A DNA stretch of 64,000 nt from Cenococcum geophilum. Lineage: Eukaryota. This document shows, piece by piece, positions 62,301 through 64,000 of this stretch. The translations under genes and the position numbers were made by a program. The notes below the pieces were generated by a model. It was given only the letters and a program-made list of their open reading frames with translations. It had not been told where the DNA came from and made no database searches. The stretch's first letter is position 1. Each line of letters opens with the position of its first letter. The DNA is taken from contig CP158635.1 in NCBI GenBank assembly GCA_050273025.1, positions 22,320,001-22,384,000 of the forward strand, read 5' to 3'.

Positions 62301-64000
62301 TACTAGCTAACGCCGCAACTATCTGCTTCCTTAAAGGTAAGCTACTAAAATGCTGTAAAGAAATAATTACAGTCGTTCTCCGAAAAGTAAATAAAAAGGA
62401 CTACTCCCTACTAGGAAGCTACTGACTAGTTGCCCTTAAAAACACGCTAGGAAAGATACTAGAAAAGATAGTGGTAGAACATATATAAGAGGCCGTAAAG
62501 GAGCAAGGGCTACTACCGTAGACATAAATAGGCGCAAGAAAGAAGTGATTAACCCTCTTAGCTTTCTCCCTAATTACCTCTAGCGTCTAGGCGGCGTGGC
62601 AAGCCCGCCTAGGCTGTGTAGTATTTATACTAAGCCTAGATATAAGCGGAGCCTTCGACCACGTATTATATAAGAGGCTCCTATAAATCCTAAAAAAGAA
62701 GGGCCTACTAGATTAGATAATTAAGTTTATCTAAGCCTTCCTAATAGGGCGCACCACTAAAATAGTATTTAAGGGCTACGAAAGCGAAACAATACCGATA
62801 CCTATAGGTATCCTATAAGGATTACCCCTTTCACCAATCCTATTCCTTTTCTTTATATCTAAGCTACTAGAGACGTTTAATAGTAACTATAGAATAGTAG
62901 CCCTAGGATTTGTAGACGATACAAACCTAATTATATAGGGAGACACGGTAGCAGAAAACTGTATTAGGCTAAATTAAGCATATAATAGGTGTATTACATA
63001 GGCAAAGCGACACGGGGTTAAATTCACACTAGACAAATACTAGCTTATCTACTTTATAAGAAAAAGGAGGGCAAATAACGACTTAGTATTAACGGTAAAT
63101 ATCTAGGGATGCGAAGCAAAACTAGAAGCAACCCTTAAGGTCCTAGGGGTCTAGGTAGACGCTAAACTAAACTGGAACGCGTATATCACACAGGCGACCC
63201 ATAGGGGAGCAGCGGCGTTTGTAGCGGTATTATGAATAGCAGCTTTAACCTAGGGACCCTCCTTTAGACGTATACGGCTACTATATACAGTAGTAGTAAG
63301 ACCGACAATGCTATACGGCGCCCAGATCTAGGGCATAGGACTAAACAGCAAACCACTAGCAAAGAGCTCCCTAGCGCTATTAGAAAAAATATAAAACTAA
63401 TGCCTATGTAGAATTATAGGGGCCTATAAAAGGACACTACGCGCCGCACTAGAGCGCGAAGCAGCAGTACTACTAATAGACGTATATATAGAGGCAACCG
63501 CTATATAGAGAGCAGCCACAGTATAAGACCACCTAGTGGAGAAGGAGATACGCTAGATACTAGAACGTATATAAGGAATAAGGGCCCCCTAAAGGGGTAC
63601 TACGCCTAAGCTTATAAGCTAAGAGACCCTACGCCTATAGGCGGGAGAGAGGGAACAGGAAATACGGGAGCTACTATAACACCAAGCGGAGAACCGGCGC
63701 CGCGCTAGTAGAGCGCTACTACGGTAATAGAGGATAGGGGGCTACTAGTATAAGTGGAGATCTACTACATGCATCACAAGATGGGCAGATATTAAGTAGA
63801 AACGGCGATAGAAGAAGGCCGTAAAAGCACAAAAAGCAACTACATGGGGCACCCTATAGTTAAAGCCGACTCTCCCCCTATATAAAGGACAGACGAAGGC
63901 GGAATCTATAGCCGCCTTCCTTTTATAGACAGAGGTCCTAGGACTAAACGCATGGCTAGCAAGCATCTACGTCCCAAATACTACACCACACTGCACCTGC
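59310..64000 (+). mobile_element. Tad1-like LINE (non-LTR retrotransposon), RIP'd, runs off the window; 5' boundary approximate
   Basis: ORF1 from ~59421 with three Cys/His knuckles (~60399-60545). ORF2 from ~60890 with APE endonuclease GDFNAH (~61301), RT motifs LDISGAFDHV (~62636), G.PLSPILFLF (~62819) and FVDDTNL (~62909). Confidence 0.92.

Larger units (their letters stand above)
44129..64000 (+). mobile_element. Left part of a probable Starship giant transposon (continues beyond the window), RIP'd
   Basis: Sharp interruption of Gypsy-4 after TTAC (44125-44128). The first gene inside is a DUF3435-type tyrosine recombinase pointing inward, ~0.55 kb from the boundary once the Copia is removed. 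Right end not in the window. Confidence 0.75.

Overview
Fungal (filamentous ascomycete-type) genomic DNA. About 59 of the 64 kb is AT-rich and TpA-enriched/CpA-TpG-depleted, the signature of repeat-induced point mutation (RIP). It is a pile of nested, dead transposons: five Ty3/Gypsy copies, one Ty1/Copia, two solo LTRs, a Mutator-like DNA transposon with a non-autonomous relative inside its end, a Fot1/pogo transposase and a Tad1-like LINE. Most boundaries are fixed by target-site duplications (TSDs). One RIP-poor island (~31.04-35.9 kb) holds an intact 4-exon patatin-like phospholipase, a stop-interrupted gene resembling the CD38/ADP-ribosyl cyclase fold with a charged helical repeat tail, and a possible kinase relic. 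The main hidden feature, absent from the ORF track, is the left end of a probable Starship giant transposon. Its RIP-destroyed DUF3435-type tyrosine recombinase ('captain', ~50.3-58.7 kb) lies ~0.55 kb (net of a Copia insertion) inside a boundary at ~44,129. That boundary cuts a Gypsy integrase at a TTAC-N7-A site. All protein calls in RIP'd DNA come from manual translation with inferred reversal of C->T/G->A changes; no database search was run.
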